Positions 10,066-22,530 of a stretch of DNA of 64,000 nucleotides are shown piece by piece. The DNA comes from Eutreptiella sp. 'Long Island Sound 2002'. Taxonomy: Eukaryota; Protista; Euglenida. The notes below the pieces were generated by a model. It had not been told where the DNA came from. It saw only the letters and a list, made by a program, of their open reading frames with translations, and made no database searches. The stretch is from the NCBI GenBank assembly GCA_964036045.1, contig OZ038378.1, positions 7,316,001 to 7,380,000 of the forward strand. Direction: 5' to 3'. Within the stretch, counting starts at the first letter, position 1. Every line of letters starts with the position of its first letter. A program made the translations under genes and the position numbers.

Positions 10066-13000
10066 TATGTGAAATTAAAAAAAAGAAAGAGAAATCAGTC
10101 TTGGAATCGTATATTTCACGCAGTGTTCATTTCGCTTTTACGTGGTGACATTAGGGCTTACGTAACTTTGCGGCGCTGTTTTACGCAATTTCGTGCGATC
10201 TCATCTGGCCATTTACGGCATCGCCAGATGGATCTCGATTATTTTTATAATGTTCGAAATAATGTTTCTTTGATTATAAATTGTCATTTCCTGATAACAT
10301 TATTGGCCCGGCGATCTTGCGCCGCGACAGTGGGTGTCTAACTAGTCCCTTTACCTTGGTTCTTGGGTAGCGGCTGCATGTGCATGTCTCCTTCCGCGGC
10401 ACACGGGTGGATATGCATGCCTCGCTCTCTCCACACACGCCAACACACAATGGTGCATAAAACCTCAATCCGCAGAGATCGTGGGCTAGTTGTTTGTGGC
10501 ACCTCTCCCATATATATCACAATTGCATAAGCGCCAACTTAGCATTGTACATGCTAAGTTCCATCAAGGTGTCTGAAGGTAGAAATTGTGAGAACAAGCA
10601 ATTGCTTTCGCATTCTCTCTGCACCCGCCGAGTAAGAAGAAAATGATGACAAAAAACACCCACCGTAGTAATTAGGAAACCGTCCACAATCAAATAAATC
10701 GGCATTGGCAAAAGAGAATAAATTATAGATTTGGTTTCCATCCGCATCAGCGGTAGCGACGACTGCTTGATGCTCGGTTGGGCGAAACGACGGGAGTGAG
10801 AGTGTGTTCACATTGTTCTTTTTTTGTTAGCTGGAACGTGGTTTGCCCTTCTTTAACATCCACATGCCCGTAGGTTGCCAGCCAATCCAATTTTGAGCTC
10901 CATCTCATGCGGAGGAACTTGCGCTCAATCGCTTCATTGTGAGTCTTTCTGTTGCCGACAAGCCGCCGCTAGGCTTCTCGCTGCTGGGCTATTTGTTTAC
11001 GATGAAACTTGGTTCTCCCACATCGTACCACAAAACAACGATGCCGTGCGTCAAAGTACCCATCACCACATCGCTCGCTTATGGAGCGACGTGATGCAAT
11101 TTGCAAATTACGGCGCTCTACATACCATGCGCATAGTTGCTTGTCCACTAAGTGACACCCGTCGATGTAGATCCGCTTTGTGCTGGCCTGCTAGGCTTTG
11201 GTCGCGTTGTGGCAGACTTATCAAATTTCAGCTATGTGTTAGGAGACTCATTCAGCTTCGGCTCTCTTTTTGCATATTTGTTGAGCTTCTGCGGGGTTAC
11301 ACCAAGACTTTTAATAGCCATTGGATTATAGAGCAGACTCAGTAGCAAAAAAATCTTACAGCAACAAGGCAAAGCTTCATAGTGCCCCGTAGCAGTTGAT
11401 GCCTAGAAACCTTCTACAACAAGGCAAGCTTTGCTGTTTGTTTGCACAAGACACCAGTTTTTTCGGAAAATGACCCATCCACTATCGGTTTCAAAATCTA
11501 AAAAGTGTTCCTACTGTTCCTACTAAAACCTTTGCTCTTGATGGCCCTAGTTGTCATTTGTTTCAAAACCCACATCTGTACCTATTACAACCTTTTTCCC
11601 CATGCAAACATTTTCGAAACCTGAAATCTGACACATGGTCTTTTGTGCCGTGCGGCTTGTAATACAAAAAGAAAACGAATTTTATACAATCCGTTGCACC
11701 AAAAACTAGCCAAAACCGCTTGATCTAGACCCTTGTCCCAACTGCATTCGGCAGTGGGAATGTAAAAGGCGGTGGCGGTAGTGACCTGCCAGGGAAATTG
11801 TCAAAGAAACAGAGAGACTAGCACGTGCACTTGATAAGTGCAGTGCAATTCGCATTCACTAAGCAAGTGGTCTCCAAGGATTGATGTCTACCCACCCTTT
11901 TGAAGTTTTCCTTACTGCAAACAATGGTGAGGTGCTATTTTGCTCTAACAGCGTCCTCGAGGCGCTGCGAACAATTTGAGTTGCAGACTTTCAATCACAA
12001 AAAAAGACAGCATATAAATGTAATAGTTATGATATCAATATTTTTCGAAGAATCGGCAAAGATATGAACACACACATTCACAAAGCTCTTCCGTGTGTTA
12101 GTTGCGACTCCTTCCGTCTTTGTAACCAGAGGGTGGCAGTGGCAGTGGCAGTGGCGGCGGCACCAAGAGTGAGAACAAGGCATCCTTTTTCAATTTTTTT
12201 TGGCATGAAGATTGCATCATAGAAATTTTGCTTGTTGCTGTAAATCGCGCCGCTTATAGTTTGGTATGATGTACAATACCATACGTGTTCATTGTTGAGC
12301 TCGCACGTCATTTAAACTTGTGAGGCACATTTACTACCACACCTTGACCGGTTATTTTCGAAACAATAATCGGAAAAAACTGATTATTTTCAAAACTACC
12401 AGATTCCATATCCTACATTGACAAGTATGTGAATTGTATGGCAAAATAGTAGTGATGGTGGTGATAGTAGCGTCAGTAGTGTTGTGTCAATTTGTGTCCG
12501 TGATACGTGTGTATGGATGTGCTGGTTTGTTATAAAAAGCCAAGATTGCGGCTGTGGTGTATAACAAGTCAATTGAAAAGCGAAAAAGTTAGGTTTGCAT
12601 AAGGCGGTCGATGTGAAAAGGCGAATTCCCTGCTTCTGTTTCATTGTACTTTTGGAAAACTTGGCTGTTTCATCCCTAGGAGAAAAAAGAACAACCTTAG
12701 GCGGTGGTGTGCAGTTCTTATAGAAAGCGCCGAAAAACAAAAGAAAAGCACAACAAAGTTCTCTGCATTTGCACCGCTGAACAGATAGTTGCGTGTTCAC
12801 AAGAAGCAAACATCTGCATAACTGAAGACTCGGTGCTGGGGCACAGCAGCAGGTGTGTGAGTCAAGGGCTGCCGTATGCGTGGGCGAGGGGGTGCAGAGC
12901 TCAGAATCGGCAAAAGCGAAGTAGGGGTCATGATTGCATAGGCAATTTGAAGCACGAAGGTGTGGCGGTGACCATGGTATTGATATATTTATATTTGTTT

Positions 13001-13279
13001 GGTATGGCGGTTTCTCCCGGTATTGATATATATGCTTCCCATGTAGATGAGATCAAAATGATCAACATGTGAAAATGGGAACCGTCGGGACCAGTGAAAC
13101 TGAGCTTGGAGCTTGGTGATTGAGCTTGAGTTATGCGACCCATGCATGCTTTTGCGAAATTGCTCTTGTGTTTCGTGCACTGACCCGCTGCAAAAAAGAG
13201 CGAAGGTGGTGTGCCCACTATTTTAGCAATAGCTCTCTCAGTTTGGCAGCTTGGCAGTGGAGTTTGGACTTCCAAAATT

Positions 13280-13359
13280 TGGTTACATCCTTCGTGGTAT
13301 GAATTTCTAAATAGACCTAGGTGGTTACATCCTTCGTGGTATGAATTTCTAAATCGACC
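13280..13359. repeat. tandem duplication, period 42 bp
   Basis: TGGTTACATCCTTCGTGGTATGAATTTCTAAAT at 13280 and again at 13322. Confidence 0.95.
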
Positions 13360-14784
13360 GGGGCACGTGATAGCTTCTTTAATGTGTTCCGCATATTTCT
13401 CCTATGCCCCGCTCTTTGAATAGTTCATTTCTGTAGACTTCTCTTGGCAAACATTTATTTGCCTGCAAAGAAAATTCCACCTTTGACTTTCAATGATAGC
13501 CGGAAATTGTAATGCAAAATTGTCTGCATGTATAATTGAGCCCCGTTGCCACACCATTTGCTTCTTTTGTTCGGGGGCTGTGGACTAATTGGCAAACAAT
13601 ATAGAAAAAGTGAAAAACGGAAATAGCTATACATACACCGACCTAACTGCAAAAGCAATGGCAATAATGATCAGCATTTCTATGATTCTCTGTGGTGTCC
13701 GTGATTTTCAACTTTGGCCAATTTCCGGGATTTTCTGTGCCACAGACAACCGAGAAACCCTGGCAGGACCCATGGGCGCCTGTTTCATAACTGGCGTGCA
13801 AACCCCAAGAATTCCCCTTCTTGTTCTTTTTCAATAGGAATTGTCAAAGCGGCCTGTACTTTTGCATTTTATCATCGACAAATTATGTTGGGAATCGCTA
13901 CTATGTGATTGCCTTGCTTGCAAGCGCCCAGCAACGCACAACCTCAATGGCCGAAAACAACCACCACACAGCATAACACTCATTGTTCAAATGGCAAAGC
14001 AATTGCATGAAGCAAAAACAATTCATTCATACATCAAATCTCCGTCAAGAGTCTCGGAGCAGGGACAACTGAATCCGTCGCCAGGCACAGGTGAGAAATA
14101 GGTCTACAGAAGCCGGGCCAGGGCCAACCAATACTGCGCCAGTTTTTGCTAAAAACAACGTTCTGCTGGTCTTATAGGGGGTGGCACAACAAGGCCTCCT
14201 TCCCTACAAATCATAATGCTGTACAAGCACCTGCGGAGGAATTGTCTTCAGACCCACAGAATTCAAACATCAATGGGGTTGGGCAGCAACTGATATCCCT
14301 GGAAAATAAGAATACATTACTCAACATTCAGATTTGGCAGAAACCCATGTGTGAGATTGGCACGCGATTTGGAGTATGCGACTGTGGGATGTGGTTGTGT
14401 ATGTGAAAACATGTGCACAGAGCCACAATTGTAGGGCTGACTCTGTGGTTTGCCACATATGTGGCGACGGCTGGGCATAACATGCTGTACTCGCGTGAGC
14501 CAAAAATTCCATCGGAACTCATTCAAACTCGTTAAACAATTTTGCATTCGTTTTTCGGGGGGTTTCATCCAGTCATCTACAGGTCACTGAGGACTTTCTG
14601 GGCACCAAGAGTGTCGTGTTTCCCCAGCAGATGGATGGGGATCCCTCATGATGACCTCTCCTAGGAAAACCTTCGAAGACAACTGGAATCTATTGTACAA
14701 CAGGAGAACACGCACAGCCCGGAAGGGGGCGTCCCTGTTTTTGAGAGTGTGGGCACGCATAATATCGCACCCCCTCCCCTCCCT

Positions 14785-15013
14785 TCCTTTTCTCCCTCTC
14801 TCTCTCTCTCCCCCAAATGTGTGCGTGTGTGTGTATGTGTGAGTGAGTGCGTGCATGTATGTGCGTGAATGTGTGTGCGTGCACACACTTCCCTGCGCCC
14901 TTGATCCGAAAAAAAAAAACAGCAAATGAGGCATTGCACATTCGAAGCTGCAAACCCCATCTGTGTACGACAATCTCGCTTGTTGCGTGCGTGTGTGCGT
15001 GCGTGCGTGCGTG
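14785..15013. repeat. compound microsatellite (CT, GT, GCGT units)
   Basis: Visible dinucleotide and tetranucleotide runs. Confidence 0.9.
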
Positions 15014-17684
15014 TGCAAACATGGGAATGGCGAGCAAATATCGGACCTTGAAAAATCGAAAACACTCCAATGGACTTGCTTATTTACACACACAGCATGA
15101 CACCAAATCAAACTCATGCGGACTGACAATGACGCTGTAAAACACTGATAAACAAAGCATTGTTCAACCAATGCATGCCTGTGCACACTTGCGCCACAAT
15201 GCCACCATCTGCGCCCACACCAGCTGAAAACTGTTTGTGAGTGTGGGTCCACATGCGATTGTGTCATGTATGGCACTGCCACATCGGAGGGCAAAGGTGT
15301 TTTATTCGTCTTGCATATACTTGCATATACTCCTACCTGTAAGCACATGCGAGTGACTGAGCGGGTATGTGGATATGCATGTGAGGGTGTCAGTGCTTAA
15401 TCTACAATGTGGCCACTCTCTTGCAGCCTGTATGGGTGCGTCAACCTACACCCACGTGCATATCTGCCCGCCTGCATATTCCACCTGCCCCCTCCCAGCT
15501 GGGGCACCTGCAAAGGCTGCCTCTGGGCAAGTGCCCAACGGTAAGAAGTAATGAAAAGCCCCAGTCACAAAGCAACTGAGTACCTGCGCACATGATGCTA
15601 CAACAACGCACCAAACAAAAGCTGCGGCTGGGGCCTGAATCGTCATCAGTATAATGCAAGCTGCGTGAGTTCCCGAGAGAGCGGCCATTCAAGAACACTC
15701 TCTCTTCCTAAGCCACGACGAAGCTTCTGAGAAATCAACTGGCGCTCATATCACTCATTGATAACCTGCAGGTACAGAAGAAATGCATCTGAGAGGGAGA
15801 CCAATCGGGCTGTGCCCATAATCATTTGCACTAGATCAATTCTGTTTTTCTGGTCTTGATTGCGTGCGCGCTTTCTGTTTGGGAGACAAACAGCACATGA
15901 TGCATCCATTCCATGACACGGAGAACGAGTCCAGCTTCCGCCAACTGCGAGGACCTGCACATGCTCTGTCTACGGGTCCTAAGAAATGAGCTCTTTCGCT
16001 GAGCCCGAAAAATGCTCTTGGCGATTGCATAAACGGCTGAAAGCCGGGACCTGAACATACACCGTCCCTCCACAGCTGGAAAACGCCGTCCGGTGGGTGC
16101 TGAGCAAATTACAAAGGGAAGGCGGCGGCGGGTTCGTGTGTGTGGGGGCGGGGGGGGGGTTCGTGTTGCTTTCAATTTCACGGGCTCACTGAAAAGCCGC
16201 CGCAAACTTCGCGGCCTCAGTGAAAACCAAGATTGAGGTTCATAGTTTTTTGGGCCCAGAACCACGTCTCTAAATGGGTCTTGCCCACAGCCTGATGGCA
16301 CTGGTGCTGAGGGTTGCTTAACCAAATTGTTCCCCGAGGCAAAACAAATGAATGCAGTGCAGTGATCAGACCAGGTGCATTGGGACGTTCACCTGATGGC
16401 TGTAAACATCGGCAGACTCATTCCCACAAAATCTTGCTTCCAACATTTTAGAGGCTCACAACCCGCCATGACCGCGCATGCCCCGTCCCTCCACAGCTCA
16501 AAAATGGGTTGATTCTCACAGTTCGACAGACATGCAATGGTTGCATCATGTGCTGTTCCAGCTGCATGCTCATTTCCATGAATCTTGTAGTATTGTACCT
16601 TGCCCACAACCCACCAGACAGCCCACCTTAGGCCATCAGCCAAAACCTGCTCCGTGCTCCGTCCCCCCACAGCTCTGCAGCAACATATGCAGCACCTCTA
16701 CAGCAAAAAAACACGCGTTTGCCCGGCTTCAAAAAATTGCAATGGCAGTGTCGTTCCAACTGCAGACAAATAGCTGAAGAAAGCCGCGGACTCATTTCGA
16801 TAAGATCGTGCTTGCGCAACTGTAAGTTGTCTTTCACCAGACGCCAAGTCCCCCTCCAAAGACAAATTGTTTTTTGCAGGGAACATCTAATGCGGCATGT
16901 ACGCAGGGCACCTTTTGTTTTTGGCAGCACTGTCACTCAGTTGGCGAGTTGCATGGGACATCACCCAAAGCCGACGATTTGTAATCACAGCACATGCCCG
17001 CCAATTGATGCTGTTTGGGTTTCCCCATCGTGGTTGGACATTCGCTGGATAAAGTGCTGCATTAGTTACCCCCGTCACCCAGCCCAAGCTGAATACTACA
17101 TTTTACAATTGCATTGTGAAACAACAAGGGAAATCCCCACCCTTGTTGCAGCCTGTCCATCATGTTTCATGTGCCAGGGCTGGGTTTGCATGTTTGTTTC
17201 GACTTCGCAGAACTCCACGCAACTGAGGCACCAACCCCCTACACCTGAAGCCGTAACGCCACGCAACAAACCGTGGCATGCTGCCTTGATAAACACTGTG
17301 CTGCTTACCCGCGGTAGGCCGGTGACGATTGCGAAACCCATCAATACAGTTCGCAGAAGGGGACCCTGATGGACGAAGCGTCATACACACCTGCAATTAT
17401 CTCAAGATTGCGGCGCACCCTCAGGGGTGTTGTCCTTCGCTCTGCAGTGCAAAAGATTTGCTGTGCACGGCCTACCCAAACCAGACTGACGAGGAAAACG
17501 CGACAAATGTCAAATCAAACGCACCGGAGCGTGGACTGATAACTGAAAACGCCGCTGGTACGCAATGAAAGAAGGCGCTCTGTTTTTCCTAGCCAATCCA
17601 CATGAGCCCTGCACACCAAACACACCAAACGCCTGCAGTTACCAAAGCAACAAACAGCTCAACGCTGCAGTGGGGAGGTTTTAC

Positions 17685-20600
17685 CTGGTGTTGCTCTGGG
17701 TGGCCAGCTGTGTGGCTGTGGTCGAAAGCTGCAGGCTGAGCTCAATCGCTTGCTGAATCAACATTTCCTCCGTCTCCAGATCAGCAGCAGGGGGCAGATC
17801 CATAGACGTCTCTTGTGTATCACTGGGCACGCTTGTCTCCTTGCAAAAAAAAAAAAACTTTCAGAGTCCTTCGTGATCACCGAACGGGCACTGACTGCAA
17901 CGTTCCACCATGCCGGCAAATTCTACCCACACGCTGACCGCGCATGCCAAAGCTCGTCTCCTGAGATGCTTGACTGTAAATCAAACGCATCCCAATACAC
18001 GCGTGTGGACGCACACACAAAACGCAAATTGGAGATTCTCCACTCATTGACCTTTGCGATGTCAGGATACCTTCGAGTGTTGCAACGTCGCGACATGTGA
18101 CACGTGAAGACCGTTGACACGGCCACAAAAAATGGACGACTTTCAACATCCCAACGGCCTGTGCCTGGATTCGATTTGTACTGTGCCAATCCCAAAATTT
18201 TGCAGAATCCTAAATATTGCGTTGGGTTTTTTGAATTTATTGATGCAAAATTTTGCGACAGCACCCAAAATAGGGAAAATTTTATTTTATTTTTGGGATT
18301 TTTTTTTCTGCGGAATTCAGTTTTGCAGCTTTTTGGCAGACTGGGTCAATTTTTTTTTAATTGTTGTGTTTTTTTTTTGTTTGGCCTCGTTTTGGGTTTT
18401 GGCTCTTTCGTTTTGGTGCCACTGCAAAGGACCTGGGGTACCTTGGGATTGCAATCCTTTCAGAATTAGCCCCTTTATCTGCTTTGGGGCACAGCAAACT
18501 CAAATCCCACATGAAACCCTCATGATCCAGGATTCCCTGACCCCTGATCCCTGATTCATGAAGCCTTCTCTGAAAGTGAAGCATGGTGCAGAATGGGGCA
18601 TGATACACGCACAGGGGGGGGCAACAAGCAGCATCCCTCCCGCGGTTCTGACATGGACGCGGCTCTCGCAAGGGGCAAAAATTATTTTGCGATTTTATCT
18701 TTTGGAACCCATTTTTGCGAAAGGCATGCGGCTGAAAATTAATGTTTTTTTATTTTGCGGTAAAACAACACCTTGCGCACGGGACGAATCATTTTCATAA
18801 ATAATTGTAAGTATTGGTGTTTGAATGAGGCCCGTCGTCCGGGGGTAATGGCATCGCACCCCTGCGGCACATCTCTCCATGGGCCCCGCTTCTATTTTTC
18901 TGCACTCGCTGAGCCATCCCATGGTGCATTGGTTCGCGAGCCATGAGCAATAATTCTGGGCTGGGGGATGTTCCGCTTCCAAAGGGGAGCTGCACACGCT
19001 CAAGAATTTGACATACCGTAGTAGCAACATTCGTGTTCGACGGCTGAGGAGTATCTTCTTTGGGCTTTTCAGCGTGTGACCAGCTGTTGGCCTCTTTCAA
19101 AGACGCGGCGATAGCTGTACAACACCAACACGCCAGTGGCACTAGTGGCGAAGAACGCCTAACCGATTGCAAAACGCAAAATAACAGACAGGACAGTCTT
19201 TCCGTTGTTTTTGTCAACCGCGCGGTATCCCACGGACAAACGTAGCTCGGGGCAACCTTCGGCGACAAGCTGTTGCTCTCCTTTCTGCTTCACTTGCTTG
19301 TGTTGCTCAACAAGATTGCCCAAGCGGCGGCGCTTTTCCTCACGCGCCCCCTCCTTTTTCAACCGCATGTGCATGTCCTCCTCCAGCTTCTCGCGCACTC
19401 GCTTCTCTGTGAACTCGATCTCCTTGCGGGCCTATGACAATTCAGGGGGGGTTTCATGCATCTGCATGGGCTTTCACTCGAGATAGCATGCAACAGGGTG
19501 TGTGGGCTGGCATATGGCCTTCGGTTTTCGGGCAAACGACAACCTCTTCTTCCTTGGAATGATGGTTTGTCCGCTCTCGCTCTTGTCGGCGCAAATACAT
19601 TTGATGCCGCTCTTTCTCCTCTTGCGCTGCGGCCTCCGCTGCTTTCCGGGCTCGCTCCGCCTCGATCTCGTCAAGCCGCCTACAAGTTTCCCAAAAAGAA
19701 AGGGGCATAGAAACCGACAACATTAAGCTTCATCCGTTACAATGTAGTATGCTTCATCTATGGCATCTTTCGTGCTTTTCGTGGGAAACCAACGCTCTTC
19801 ATAGATGCGTTTCAAAGCCCCATCGACAAAAGCCTCATAAACGGCAAGGTGAAACCCGCCTATGATAAGTGCCACTTGCGGCACTGGCTCCACTCGTGCA
19901 AACCTTTTCTCCTCTTCCTCACGCCGGAGCCTCTCTTGCTCGGCTTCGTGAATCTTCCTCTCCTCCTCCGCCTTGACCGCAGCTTGTTGGACAGCAAAAT
20001 CCACATATTTCTCGGCGACACGCTCCTCAACGGTTGCAAATTTCTGCGAGCGAAATTGGGCATTGCAAAATTGCTCTAAACTCACGGCGTAGAGCACACG
20101 ATCGAGCAAGTTTTGACCTGCAAAAGGTCGCGGTAATTATCGAGACATTTGGTAACTTTTGCTGCCATAGAGGCTCCATAGACCCTCTTCTCCGGATCCG
20201 GTTCCTCAAGACGTGCCTTGAATTTCTTGATCTTCTCTGCAATACTTCCGTTCAATGCTTCACGATATTGCGCAATTTGTTCCTGAAAAGGGGCAACAAG
20301 TGAGCATGTGCGTGAGGGTAAGAATTTCCTGACAATCCCGAACCCACAATATTGTGAGTGGGATATGTTGATATTATTGAGCCAAGTTGGCGAAACATGG
20401 CTTTCTAGATCGGAGTATGTTAATAAAATCTAAAATAAGCCCGCCACATACGTCTCCTACTTCCTTGGTTCAAAAGACAAGATCATGGGCACTCGCACGA
20501 AGTTTCGCTGGGCTAACGTTGAATAACCTCACGCTCGACGGATATTTGTGTGTTTTATCTCGTCCAAGCCAATTACGTCGGCTTTGCACCCACACACTTG

Positions 20601-22530
20601 GGGACTCATGTTTGGTTTTTCGAAGCATAAAACTCACATTTCCCGGTGTTATCAACCCGTGTGTGTTAGCATGCCATGGCTATTCATTGGGCTCCCCAGG
20701 GCAAAAACCCGCACAAAGCTTTTTCGAGGCAATTTTGAGGAAATGGCTTGCTTCAATGGCATTCCCGACACTCGCAACAACTAAAATAAATATCATCGGA
20801 GTATTTTGCAAACCCAAAATGACTCCCACATTTTCTTCGTGACACACGACACATGCAAATCTGCTGCTTGGGGAGTGTAGGCGACCGTTCTCAACATCAC
20901 GCGGATGTGGGCATGCCACGATCATTCAAAAAGCCAAGTATCCCAAAACATGGCTCGAAAACCGTCGTGCAGTTTTTTGCCTATCAAATCGGCTTTGTGA
21001 CGAACACGAGAAAGTGGGGGATTCATTTTGGCAAAATATTCCAATCACATCATTGCCGTTTTGCAACGGTGGCCAACTACTTGAACCCAACGCACGTTGG
21101 TGTGTGGTTGCCATGTTTCTCAAACGTGGCTCAACGTGGCTCAAAAATTTCTTGGTTTTTTCCTCTTGAGCCTATGTTGTTGTCCTTTGACTAGGTTTCG
21201 GCGTTTTCCACATATTGAAATATTGTTGGTGATCTAACTAGGAATGACACAAAGAAATTGGGGAAGTAACCCCACGATCATTGGCTTTGAACGGGAAAAA
21301 GCCGCTACAAACTTGATGGAGTCAAGTTTGAGAACATGCCTACATGCGCGCGAAGTTGGGAATGGTCGCCTACATTGCCAAAAACGGCCGATTTGCTCAT
21401 GTTCAAAAACCGCACACAAAGAAAGTTGGGCCTCATGGTTGGTGTTTAAGAATGCAAAGGTGTTGGCATGCCATGGTCATTCGTTTCGATGAAACTTGGC
21501 CGTTGAGACATCAAGGAAGTAGGGGATTCGTGCCGAAGTCATCCCAACAATTTGTGGAGAAAGATGCCTTTGCTGATGACAAAGATGACAATGCTGCGAG
21601 TTACGTGTCGTGAAAACCAAACCATTGGTCCCATGCTTCCTCGATCATTCAAAAGTCAAGTTTATTGCTCGTGAACAAAAGAGAACCACACAACATTTGT
21701 CGCGCCAAGTTTGAGCAACACGGCTTTGGATGACATGCCATGTTAAAAGAAAGCCATATCTATCATCCTTGGCTCGGTAAAGTACGGCTTATTTCTATGG
21801 TTTTGTGGTTTGTTTCTCGTTTTGAATGACAAGACGGGTTGACTACGTGGTTGCTAAACATTGCATCGGTCGGCGGTAACTTCACTTGCCCATCGGTCTC
21901 CTCAACACACGCGCGGTGCCAACAAGCACCAAACGCACACAGAAGGCCAGCAAGTTTATCTCAGTTGGTTCGGGGATTGGAGACCTGATGTTCGCCATGA
22001 AATCCGTCTGCTTCAACTTTGGTGATGAAAGTTGCAATTTCATCAAGTTGTTTGCACGTCTGAATTCAGTAAGAAGAGATGGAAATAACTGAAGGTGAGC
22101 CTTACAATCTCGAAAACTAGAAAAAAAGCCCAAACAACCTTTCCAAATTCAGTCATGTTGTAGACTCTTACTCAGTGCTGCTGGGTGTCGTACTCGCCGC
22201 AACTTTCAGCTCTTGCCGATTTACCATTTTCAAATGGTGTGTAAGACGAAGATCTGAAGGAGCATTCAAAGCATTCAGATCTAAAGCACACATTGTTCTG
22301 TATCAGAGTCGACTGATAATCTTCGATGTCAGCGCCCAGTTCAATGTAGAATTCCCTGCAAAGGCTGATCCGAGGGCATGCTTCGCGTTGGGCTACCAAG
22401 CAGCAAGCACGCATTCTGTAAAGGTGTTTGTTTACCGTTTTTAATTCAAAAGGGAAATTAGCTGGTCCTAACCAAAGGAGATCGGCTCTCCCTATCTTAT
22501 GCTGCATGTAAGATAGTTCATTCCCCGTCC
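17685..22530 (-). CDS. multi-exon gene for a coiled-coil protein with ubiquitin-interacting motifs (5' and 3' ends unresolved)
   Basis: Phase-consistent GT-AG exons 22530-22473, 22355-22292, 22059-21985, 20282-20118, 20043-19904, 19679-19544, 19431-19257, 19114-19017, 17839-17685 give a stop-free frame: ...ADLLWEFYIELGADIEDYQ...EEERKIHEAEQERLRREEEEKRRLDEIEAERARK...QLVAEAIAASLKEA...ETEEMLIQQAIELSLQ. The last motif fits the UIM pattern well; the earlier one is weaker. Confidence 0.7.
20380..21760. repeat. degenerate direct and inverted repeat mosaic (foldback-like) inside an intron
   Basis: About 20820-20915 matches the reverse complement of about 21330-21440 (shared GGTCGCCTACA core). GATCATTCAAAA recurs near 20920 and 21643. 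Confidence 0.6.

Noticed and set aside
13280-13359. CRISPR-like repeat-spacer
   Set aside because: Only two copies with a 9-nt gap, in a eukaryotic context with no cas genes.
17785-17800. Suspected frameshift before the UIM motif
   Set aside because: The G run 17790-17794 has five bases, so the exon is in frame.
18772-18861. Extra 90-nt exon of the UIM gene
   Set aside because: Phase-compatible, but the peptide is unconvincing and skipping it reads more naturally; left unresolved.
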